64,000 nt of DNA, taken from assembly GCA_013239625.1 (NCBI GenBank), contig MU053758.1:496001-560000 (forward strand), in the 5' to 3' direction. This stretch comes from Lama guanicoe (Eukaryota). The notes under the pieces were generated by a model. That model was not told where the DNA came from and made no database searches. It worked only from the letters and a program-made list of their open reading frames with translations. Shown piece by piece: positions 53,334 to 64,000 of the stretch. The translations under genes were made by a program, and so were the position numbers. The stretch's first letter is position 1. Each line of letters starts with the position of its first letter.

Positions 53334-53749
53334 ATGCTTTCCCTTGAAATGGGCGGATAATGAGGCCGACAGTATGTTCGCTGTTGAATTCGCCTGATGT
53401 TGCTCCATTTCCACCACTAACTTTTGCGCATCGATTGGGCAATCACAGGGAGACGCACAGCCGCGGCCCGACTCGCACACCCTCACAAGCACACACTCAC
53501 ACACGCACAGAGGAATGCTGACACACACAGACCCGACTTTATCCTGCCTCCGGAGTCTTTTATGACTCAGCCTCGGGAATGAAAATAGAATTTGGAGCGG
53601 AATAATGTGCCTGAGGCCGGGTAGGGCGCAGATGCTCCAGATGTGCGCTGGGTAATTAGGCGTCCGCGAGAGTCCCTGCACGGCTGGGAGAGGAGCGTCT
53701 CGCGGGGGCCCAGCCCTGGGCAGGCGCTGCGCCCGCAGTCTGCCCCACG
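53334..53749 (+). pseudogene. HOXB10: Putative degenerate exon 1 of a fossil HOXB10 gene
   Basis: Collinear frameshifted remnants of PG10 motifs: M(S)FP 53334; ADSMFAV(D)SLM 53365-53399; GMLT..RLYPA 53512-53548; SFMTQPRE* 53556-53582; (P)G*(F)R(L)S 53647-53665. CG|GTAGGC donor at 53749/53750. Confidence 0.6.
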
Positions 53750-54766
53750 GTAGGCACCTGCCTCCTACTGCCCTCCTCTTCCCTTCCTTTCCCGAGAGGG
53801 AGTCTCAAGGACCTCTGTCCTAAGAATAACTTTGGAGAAACTTCTCCTAGAGGACTCTGCACTATCTCTGCCTTGGGGGATGGGGAAGAGCCATCCCACT
53901 TTCCCCTAACCTCCCCTTCTCAGGTTCTGGTGTCTCTGAGCACAGACTCAAAAGTCTCCAACAAGTCTTTCTCCTTATGCCACTCTATAACTCTACTGGC
54001 CCCATCCAAGCCTAGGAAAGCAACCCAACTGCCTGCCCTAAAATGTCCCTCTCTTTGGGGTTTATGGGACAGTCATATATCAGACAACTCTTCTTGTCAT
54101 CAGGGTCTCTTTTACAAAGTATTCAAACCTTACAATATCCCCATCCAGTAGGTCATTTTCATCCGGGCCTTTGAAGGCCTAAATCACTTGCCAATGATCA
54201 CACACAGCTAGAGAGGTTATAAGCAACACTGAGCTGACTATGTTCTGAAAGGGAGGGGGCGGGACTTGTCTTGGTTCCCAGCCCTAACCGACGGCTCCTA
54301 TATCTGCCTCCAATTCCCTTATGTACTTCCCCAAATCTTAAATCCAGAAAACACCAAAATTCCAACATAGACAACCTCCAAAAGGCTGTCTTTCTGGAAA
54401 TGAATTTTGCTTACAAGAAAGACATTTTTTGTTGAGGTCGTCATAATTTGGAAGAACATTCCACTTGGAGTAGAGGACACGTCCTCCAGCCCTGCTTCAC
54501 CACTTTGAATAGCTGCTCTGATCTTGGGCTAACCACGTTTAATTTCTTTGGGCCTCAGTGACTTCTTTTGCAAGTTGTGAGAGGGAGTAAAAGATTCTGG
54601 CGCTGCCCCTGAGCTGGCTTCTGGAGAGATCAAAGGAGATATGGGATGTGGAAGGCTCCCTAGAGTCGGGGGTGGGGTAGGGGGTGGGGAGAGAATGGAG
54701 CCATGATTAGCTGTGGATTCCTTTCCCAGCCCTCACTCGTTTAATCGTGTTTCTCTTGCTTGGCAG

Positions 54767-55038
54767 AGGGCGCCAAAGGCGACACGCCGGCGGCCAGCTC
54801 CAGGCCAAGCCCAGTGCGTCTGCAGGAACCGGCCCCCTTCACTCGGCGCGGGACACCGAGCAGCGCGAGGATCTTCTTCTACGCGGACTCAACGCCAGGG
54901 CGCCACCTAGAGGCCTGCGACGGCCTCAGCCTCATCCACCGGCGACTACAGAGCTGCTTCCCCAGCCTCAGCCAGAAATTGCGGCGGGAAATCCAGCTCA
55001 GGTCTCAGGAACACTTCCGGCACCTTTGACTTGTCTGA
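54767..55038 (+). pseudogene. HOXB10: Degenerate homeobox exon (exon 2) of a fossil HOXB10 gene
   Basis: Acceptor TGTTTCTCTTGCTTGGCAG. EGAKGDTPAAS resembles HOXD10 [22 protein letters not shown]...FFYADSTPGRHLEACDGLSLIHRRLQSCFPSLSQKL..REIQLR aligns with the PG10 homeodomain and its RENRIRE tail. Located just 5' of miR-196a-1. Confidence 0.8.
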
Positions 55039-56899
55039 GCAACCCCGCCTTTAATGAACTCTAGGAAGGGACACGGGCCTGGAAGGTCCAGAAATACTGA
55101 TTTTTGTGACTCCCACTAAATGGAAGGGGGTCTCAATTTCGATTTCTTTGAGGATCCTGTGTTGTACATCTCTGTCTGCATTGCCTCCTCTCACCACCTA
55201 AATTGTCCGACCCCCTCCAATTATGCTAGAGTTTTGCTTTATCTTAAAGGAAGGGAGTAGGGAAATTTGCCCCTCAATCTTACAGCTTGGTCATCTACAT
55301 TTTCAATTTTCTGAATAATTTGGAGATGGACATGCTTTTGGAAAAGTATTTGGAAAGCTTTTGAGGGTGAAAAGAAACATTGCCTAAATGGTCTTTACTC
55401 ACTGAGTGACCATCAACTAGTGTATGAGTGACATGCAGGCGGGTCCTTGTTGGCACCAGCGCCCCTGTCGGTGGGTGTCTGCGTTGAGCATTTGAAAGTT
55501 GACTCTGGGGCCAGGCGAACTCAGAATGAAAAGGCTGCCCAGCATCTATGGGACTCGGTTTCAGGTGCTGGAGGCTCCATACAGAGAGTTTTATTTTTTA
55601 AACTGGAATCCATGGCCTCAGCCTGGGTTCTGGAGGTGGGGTGAGGGGAAGCCACAAAGCCCCTGAAAAGTGTGCAAAATGTGTGTGTGCTCAGGTGTGT
55701 CATTCTCAGGCTGCGGTCTCTTCAGTTTTTCCAGATTCCACAGAGACCCAGGTCAGCAATGGGCAGGGAGCCAGCACACTGACCTGTCCCTACTGCAGGC
55801 CCAGACCAGGACCCTAGGGGAGCAGGAGTGGACAATAACACTCTTGAATGGTGTGGAAACTGCTGCCCCTCAGTTCTGCCCTCCTCCTGTCACTAACAAC
55901 TCGAAGAGGCAAATCCTCCCTGACAGAAGGATTGACTGCCAGTCTGCTGAATAACATATACTTATTTTATTTAGTAAAAACAAATACATGGGTAAGTGAA
56001 GCGAGGGAGCTGGGGCACATAATGAATGAGAAGGGGAGCTGGAGGGGCCTCCCCATGCGTATCCTGAATATGAATGTTGGCATAAACAAGCTACTTCCTG
56101 TCCTCCAGCTGTGGGGGAGCTCCCTCCTTCCTCCTTCTGGTGGAAGGAAGGAGCCAAAGGACCTTCCCCACCCCTCCCCAGCTGAGGCAAAGTGAAACTG
56201 CCTGCAGCAGAGTTAGCCTTTCAGAACATTTGTAAACTGTAAACTACGGCCTAGCATTTTCCCTGTTCGTTTCCACTTTTCATCCCATTTTTTAAAAATC
56301 CCCAGTAGTGCTTTGGGGTCTTTTCTTGGAACGGGAGGTGGTGGAGTTGGCTGGCCACACAGGGCCGCACCTGCTTGTCTGTGCGAGGAAGGTGACAGTC
56401 AGTGCACCAAACCCCCACCTGCGTCTGCAGCTGAGCCTCAGTCCTGTACCCAAGCCTTGCCTGGGCCTCTTAGACCGAAGCCTTGATTGTTTTGTTTTGT
56501 TTCATGAATAAGTGTGAGGCATGATGGAATTCCTTTGCTCTCCCACCCCAGAGGGCACCTAACCAGACCCTTCCTGCACACAAAGTGAATAGGAAATCAA
56601 CAGCTTCACTCCCAGTTATCTGGAGCCCAAGGCGAAAAGGGATTTTTCTTGGTTTTGGTTCACATGGTCTATTTGTGATTCCAAATCCGGATTTCACAAA
56701 GTTTTGTAAAACAAAACAAACCGGACAGCCCAGAGCAGAAAAGAACTACAGAGAGGGCAGTGGAGGTCCGGGTAGTGGTCATTTTTGTTTGCTTTTGAGG
56801 CTTTTAAGGAGCCGGAGGGGAGAGCGTGGCAGAGCTCGGCAGAGGCCACTTTGGACACCACTCAGCGCTGGCCGTCCACTCCACGAAGGCCGGCCTTCG

Positions 56900-57720
56900 G
56901 TTTCTCCTCTGGGAACCCCTGCCCGGCTCAGCCCCCTCAGACCTTCTGACCCCCTCTCCTCTTCTAGCAAGTACTTGGCAATAAACGGGGCGGGGCAGGG
57001 CAAAGATCATGGCGCCTAGAGATGAAACAAGGGAAAAACCCGCTTTCAGCGGAAAGATGCAAAGAACGGAGGCCAGGGCGTGGCTGCCAGAGCCAGGGCT
57101 TCAGCAAGGAAGGACCGGGCGCCTGACTCTGCCCTGGCGAAGAGCGGGCAGCCGAGCGGAGGACGTGTGTGGGCTCGGCGGGTTTTCAGCGCCCTCGGCG
57201 GCCTCCAGCCCCCCGAGCGCGGAGCCAAGTCCGAGGGCCAGGCCGCTTCTCTCCACGCGGACACGGTCGGCCCGGGAAAGAAAGGGCCGAGCGGGTGCTT
57301 CCGCGGCTCGTAAATTTGTTTCCCCCTTCCTCTAACCCGCTCCCAGCCGTCTTTCTTTTCAGGACAGGAGGGGATGTAAACCGTTTGAAGTTCATCAACA
57401 CGGTGAAGTTTTATTGTATTTCCGGTCCCCAAGATTTATACCCGGGAGGGGGAGCGGGCGGCCCCGCAGACTCCTGCGCTCCCTCGGACTTCCTCGCCGG
57501 ACACGTGGCCACTGGGACCCTCGCCCCCGGGGCGAGACCAGGAGGGAGCCAGGCCGGGCGGACGAGACCACTCGCTCCGCACCTCCTCCCCCTCCGACGG
57601 CCGCTCCTGCCCAGCGCCGCCGCCGCCGCCGCCGCCCAGGTAAGTCCGCCGCTCGGCCCGCTCGGCCACCGCCGGGTGCGGGGTGTGTGCCTGGGCACCT
57701 GTGAGGGGTGTGGGGTCTGG
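56900..57720 (+). promoter_or_regulatory. CpG-island promoter and non-coding first exon, likely of the miR-196a-1 host transcript
   Basis: CpG-dense. TATA-like GATTTATA at 57433-57440, (GCC)7 run, and consensus donor CAG|GTAAGT at 57639/57640, ~0.9 kb upstream of the hairpin. Confidence 0.6.
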
Positions 57721-58565
57721 AGGGGCGGAGGTGGCAGTAAGGGACATCGGTGGGAGGCGGGGAACGAAGGGTCCAGGCTGAAGTTCAGGAAGGAAGGAGC
57801 AAATTTCCCCGTTTCATCTGAATTCAGAATGGATTATCTTACCCGGGACAGCTCAGCCTCTGCGGAGACAAGGCCCCAGGACATTTTGGGCAGGGTGACT
57901 TTCCAGCGACTGTTCCAGGTTACCTCAATTTCCTTTCCAGTCCCGTTGCTTGTTTGCTCCCAAGTCTTCTGGATGCTTTTGCACGCTCTGCTTTTCCGGC
58001 TCCCTCTCCGACTGTCACTTTCTCAGCATTCTTTCTCTCCATTCTCCTGTCTGTTCACATTTCAAAGTTGGGGTTTCGTGTAGGGCTTGAAGAGTTGACC
58101 TCTCAGACCTACCCTGGGTGACTCTGGAGCCGGCACTAGCCAGATGGCGACTGCAGACGTACCTTGAAAACAGTTTGAAGTTGAGAGGGAAATCGTTTTA
58201 GCTGTGGAGACCTCCAGCTTCAGAGACAGAGGCTGAGAGGCAGTGACCAAGCAGGTATATGCCCAGGGCCCAGCCCAAGCCTGAGGCTGGGCCTAGGCCC
58301 CCCACAACCCTGCCCCGGACCAGGGCTCCTGGGAGAGAGCAAAAGCTCCTGGATCGAATTAGAGCTGCCAGCACCAGCTCCAAAATGGTTTTGCCTGGAG
58401 TTCTGCCTCCAGTTTTTGGATATGTTGTTTATTAGCAACTGTGTTCTATTTGGGAAGAGGTGGAGGAAAATGAAGTTAGCCGGCCAGCCGTTTAGGCCCA
58501 CAAAATGGCTGCAGGGGCCTGCCCCCAGTGAGCCCTTGACCTGGGGCTTGAACTGGAACTGCTGA

Positions 58566-58635
58566 GTGAATTAGGTAGTTTCATGTTGTTGGGCCTGGAT
58601 TTCTGAACACAACGACATTAAACCACCCGACTCAC
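58566..58635 (+). ncRNA. MIR196A1: pre-miR-196a-1 (mature 5p at 58572-58593)
   Basis: Exact mature miR-196a TAGGTAGTTTCATGTTGTTGGG, with a 196a-1-type 3p arm CAACGACATTAAACCACCCGA. HOXB-cluster position. Confidence 0.98.
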
Positions 58636-61600
58636 GGCAGTTACTGCTCCTCGCTTAGCTGGAGGAGTTGGGGTGGGGTACATAGTGAAGCAGAGTCAGG
58701 ATTACTGTATCACCCTTGCAAAATGGTGAAGGGCTTTGAGGTTTCTTACCCAGGAGCAGCAAGGATGCTCCCCAGAGCAGAGATGTGGAATGTTCTCGGG
58801 TGTCTTCCCACTTCTGTGTTTAAGTGGGTGTTGGGAGGGAAAGGGGAAGTGGGGGAGCATTCCACTCTCCAAAGGGACCTTGCTGGGCTGTTCTACAGAG
58901 CCAGAAGGGTCTTAGGACTTCAAGCTTCCTGTCTTGGGGTCTTGCGTTCTGTTCTACATTCAGACTTTGCAAAGAAAGTTCCCCCAACTGGGCAAAGGCT
59001 TGATTTCGACAGAGACACAGGGGATTCTTGAAGTCTTTGTAACTCTTTGCGGGGTGGACAGGGCTGCACTTTAACAGGAAGCTTCAGGTCCTTGGAGAGG
59101 GCTCAATCTGTCCCATTCTGAAAGGGAAACATCAGGATCCCTTGTAGCCTCAGCCCACAGACCCCCAGGGTCCTTTCTAGGGCCCCCTAGTGGGACAAAG
59201 GTAGGTCCAAAAATTTTTCCCCTTCCTAATCCCTCAGTGATTTCTCTTCCCCACTGAGTGGCCAAGACTTTCCTGTAGATCCTTGGGCTGGGCTGTGGGT
59301 TTACTTAGGTCTGGAGTGCCACCCCCACCCTGGGAGATGATGAGGGGCCTGTCTTGCTGGCTAGTGGGAACCCCAGACTTTGTTAGACAGTTCAGCCCAG
59401 ACTGATGGAGTGACAGGAGATGGGGGGGGCAGGGGCAACGCTGTGATACCCTCTTTGACCCCAGCCCTCTCCAGGCTGCTGGCTCTCTGCCCAGGAAAGG
59501 AGTAACTAGAAGTGCTGGCAGAAGGAGGGGGACAGTCCAAAGCATAAGCTAACTTTTGTTCCCAAACTTTTTTCCCCCTGCTTGAGGCAGAGGAAATGTA
59601 GTAAGGGGCCTGGGGGAAGAGGCCCGACCGGATGGGGCTCTGGCGCCAGGCTGACTTGGAGGGTGAAGGGTATCTCTGAATAAGGGGCCCCTTCCAGGGT
59701 GGAGGAGGCCCTTGGGAGACCCACCCTCAGCCCCCGGAGGAAATGCAGCCTTCAACTCACTGTCCTGGTGAGCAAAGGCCAGCAACACTGTCCCTTGATG
59801 TTTTCTTGTCCCCCGGTCTGGGGGAAGATGGTCTGGCATGTTCTGCTGCCTCACCTTACTTCTCCCTTGGCCTCTCACAAACCTGCCCCGCCACTTGGAG
59901 CCTGACTGTCTTCCATCTCTGGCGTCCCTTGGCCACCCCCTCCCAGGAACAGCGCTGTAAAATGAAAAAAAGGGGGAAGTTAGAGAGAAAGGAAGAAATA
60001 AAGTCTTTGGAAAGCAGAGAGTTTTACAACAGCCACAGGTTTTATGGAAGCAATTCCGTAATAACCTTCTACCTGCTCAGCTCCTTTCCGCCCCGCCTGC
60101 CGCCCACCGCCCACCCCGTTTGGCCTCCTGGATGCCCCCTCCCCAGGAGTCAGCTGCCCCCAGGGCCTTCCATATTCCTGAGGGCTCATAGTTGGTAAGA
60201 AGATTTTCAAAGTCTTCTTGGGCCACTGACCTCTCCGTCCTTCCTTTCACATCCGACATCCTGGGAGGGAATTTGGGAGAAGATTTCGTTACTTTACAAT
60301 TAAAATCTTCACTCAGAGGGTGTGGAAGCACCAAGGATTGAACCCTTGTGCTCAGATTCGATGTGGTTCCTTTCGGAGGCTGTTGCATGGAAGGGTAAAT
60401 TTCTGGGGACCTTGATTCCCTCCCACTTGGAGCAAGTGACCCCACACCTCGTTCTTTCTCACAGTGGGGCTACACTCTGATCCTGGGTCAGAAGAAATAT
60501 CTCTGGGTGCTTGGGGGCAGAGACATGGGGACTTTGCTAATTTCGTTGTACACAGCAGTGCTTTTTTATGGTCTCCACAGTTACCTGAGAGCTTTCACAT
60601 TCAATTCATCTCTGTCCACTGGTCAGATTTACACTTGTGTGGGACACACTTGTGCATGTATAACAGTGCCTTCCTCCCCATGTCCATCCCTACCATGAAA
60701 TAAGCATCACACGATGCATGCTGTCCCTGCGGTTTGGGGTAAGATACGCAGTAAAGGATTTCATGGTCAGACAAAAAAGCCACAAAATTTCGTGACCTCC
60801 TCTGGGCCAATTTGAGGCATTTTCTTCACCTTCCAGAGAAATGTTTTAGAAGGAAGCTGTAAAAGAATCCAGGTGTAAGTCACATGTGTTTGTGGATACA
60901 GTGTGTATTTTGCTTGAATACCGAGTCAACAGTCAGATTTTCAAGTGACGCTTCTGAATTAGCTAATGTTATAAAGCCACAATTCCAGTATGCAAATACT
61001 CAAGTTTTTGCCCTTTCTATAAGTGTGTGATGGTTATAAAAATGTACATACATTTTGGGTCATAGGTCTTCTGATAAGAGCAGAATTGTAAACCCATATT
61101 ATTCGCAGGGGTTATACACGCATCCACATGTGTACCATTAGATCTTATATACAAATGCCCAAATGCATTCAGTATTATAGTTGGGCAGATTTATTTATTA
61201 CATATTCTATACACAGCATAGAGCACAGCACACTAGGTTTCCGTAAAGAAATACTGATTTGAAATATGCATACAGGAAACACACACCTATTCAAATACAG
61301 CATGCATAAATTTCAGCTTAGCTTATCAATTAAAATCAAAATTTCCCCCTTTCCACTTAGCATTTTTCTCTTTATTTTTCTCCTTACTTTAATTTCCTTC
61401 CCTCCGTCCAGATTTTTTCTCTCTCTTTTTTATTCTCTCTCTCTCTCTTCTTATAGAGGACCCTTCCAAAAGCAGCCCTTAAACCACAGGCACTCACCGG
61501 CTGGTCCTGGCCAGGGCTAGCCTCTGCTCTCCCCACCTCGATCTCATTCTTGATTGCTCTGGGCCCCACTGTGGCCAGAAGCTGCAGCTTTTCCCTGCCT

Positions 61601-64000
61601 GCCCTTCCCGGAGCTATCAGCCACTGGCCCCAGTTGTGTTCAGGCGTGGCTCCCTTGCAGGGAGTGGCAAGAGGCTTCTAGAGGGTTTTTCTTCTTTCCC
61701 TCTAGGATTGAGGAGAAGTGGGGAGCAGTTTGCTCTCTCAGGATAAAGTGACACCCACTCAAGAAGCCCCTCTATTAAGCCCTAGAAACTGGGCTCCAGG
61801 GGCCCAAACCCTGTTTGTTTCTCTCCCTCATGGTGGGTACCATTGTCTGGGAAGGAAAACAAGGGTGGGGGGGGAGGTCCATAGGCTCTGGGGAGAGCAC
61901 CCAAACAAGGGTCTCCCTCTCAGTGGACCCTTTAATCATTTGCCTGTGCTGGAATTGAGCCCCAATTTGGGGGAACAATGCTTTCTAGAAAGCCTGGCTG
62001 CGGTGGGACTTTAGCTGGTTCTTCTGGATCCTCACCTGGAGGAGACGAGCTGCGGGTGCAGACTCCAGGGCTTGGGTGCTGGTTCATTCTCTTCCCTTCA
62101 GAGTCACCGCTCCTGAGAAGACTAAGCCCTCCAAAACCTGTCACTTTGGAATTCTCCCCACCCCCAGCTTGTTTGTGAGCAAAAGCTAAGTTCTGGTCTT
62201 AGAAAAGAGGCCTGGGTCCCCTTCTTACCCAGCACCCAGGAGCCCCCAGGGGTTAGGGCAGCTCCCAGACAGCGACCCACGAACCTGAACCCTGTCTGCT
62301 GGGACATGCCACCACTGTAAGGCACAAGTCATGAGCCCAATGTTCTTCTCCCTCTAACCTCTTCCCTCAACTAAGTGGCTCTCTAGACTTCTCTCTCACT
62401 GCAAAGAGAAGCGGCAGCAAAGCCAGGGCCAGAGTGGGAACCAGAAGGGCTGCGGTCGGAACCCAGCGCCTACACAGCCCGAGTCTTAAGAGCAGCCCGG
62501 TGCTGTGACTTTGCCATAAATAAAAGAGCCCCTGCCCACAATCCACATGTCCTTTTGGGCCCTAATTTATATACTACAGAAAGTCATATACCCAGACCGC
62601 CATGCTTCACAACACCATTATTTATAGCGGGAGATGAGATTTTTTTTTCCTGAAGAATATATTTATTACAGGTAAAGCCAACAGCAGACTCCCTATGTCT
62701 GGTAAATGGAGAACAGGTGCTTTGCTTTAACTGTGATTCATTCGCTGGACGCCCAGCTTTCTTGATGGCGAGTCCAGGGAGCTCCCTTGACTTTCCCAAG
62801 CGTCCAACCGCTACTTAGAAGAATTTGCATTGGATTTCTGTTTCCCCACTTGGGTCCCATGGAAAAAGCAGCTCTTCACGCTGTTTGGTTCCGGATCTGC
62901 TGGGCTGTCGCCCTCGGAGAGCTGGGGTGGAAAAGGAGGGGGCCGGCTGGGCGCCGGCATTGATCTTTAAAAAATCATTTTGAAATCGCCATAATGTGAA
63001 GAAATATGGCGCTTTGCCCTCGTATTTCACACGTAATGACACGAGATGGCTTCATTTGGAAAGAAAAGCGGGCGGGAGTGTATCTGTGTGTGTGCAGAGG
63101 TGATCCGCAGCCTTCTGCCCGGCAGAGGGGTACATGGCCAAAATGATAAAACCTCAAAATAGAATGGTCTCGCTTTTGTTAAAGTGACTGGGCTGGGGCG
63201 GCCTATCTTATAAGGGCCAGGATCGGAGTGGACTGAGAAAATTGGCCCCAGCCTTGCCCCTTAACTGGACCGGAGGAGAATCTGGGCTGTCCAGGGGCCG
63301 CATCTCCCTGAGCACCCACACCACAAGAAGCGACTGCACCCAGGGCAGAAGCCGGGGGAGCGACCGCTGGAGATGGGCCAGGAAGCCAGTCGGTGGTCCC
63401 CGGGGAGCCCCAGCACAGGGCCGCAGAGCAGATATCAATAAAAACGGGCTGTTTGGAAGCTCCAGCGAGAGTCTGCAAGAAGGAAGGCAGCTGGAGGGTG
63501 GGAGACTGACCCTGCAAGGCTCTCTGTCTACGCTGGTGCCCAAGAGCTATATTTGGAAATCCTTCTAAGGCGCAATACCGCGTGAGGAGCCGGCAAGAGA
63601 GGCGAAAATTCGGACTCACCTCCCTCCCCACTGGATGGAAGAGGAGCTAACTCTGGACCCCTTCCCACACCTCTGCTCTGTTGACACCTTAGGGAAGTTC
63701 CTTAATCCTTTCTGATGTTCAGCTCCCCCATCTGGGCAATTTTAAGGGCCTGGCCCGCTCTTAAGAGGAGGGAAGGAGAAATGGCTGTGTCCCTCCTCCC
63801 TTCTTTCCTCTGAATGACCAGGGCCAGAGAGAGGCTCAAGAAACTTAAAGAAGCTAGTTGTATAAAACTCTTCAGAGGCTCAACTTTCCAGGACCTAATG
63901 AATCCCTTTAACCTCATGAGGGTTCTAATTTCAAGACAGCTACATTTTTGGACAAGATCCTTAGACACTCACGTCCTTTTATTCCCCTCTCTCCTCCCTC

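Noticed and set aside
57169..58083. 304-aa ORF
   Set aside because: Non-ATG start, runs across a strong splice donor, CpG-island composition, and no recognisable homology.

Overview
Mammalian genomic DNA, most likely a camelid judging by repeated Vic-1-like tRNA-derived SINEs. It covers the 5' (posterior) end of the HOXB cluster on the + strand. HOXB13 has two coding exons (3608-4211 and 5190-5443; 285 aa). Sequences homologous to human PRAC2 (antisense, intact 112-codon ORF), MIR3185 and PRAC1 (non-coding here) follow it. Next come a ~30 kb transposon-rich desert (L1, MLT, MER21-like, ERVL, Charlie, SINEs), several gene-less CpG islands and pre-miR-196a-1 (58566-58635). HOXB9 is expected just beyond the right edge. 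The main observation is a degenerate two-exon paralog-group-10 Hox gene at about 53334-55038, on the cluster strand just upstream of miR-196a-1. It looks like a fossil of HOXB10, which is generally described as lost in tetrapods. It retains collinear exon-1 motifs, phase-1 splice sites and a recognisable but inactivated homeobox. All comparisons with other species' sequences are from memory and by eye; none were computed.
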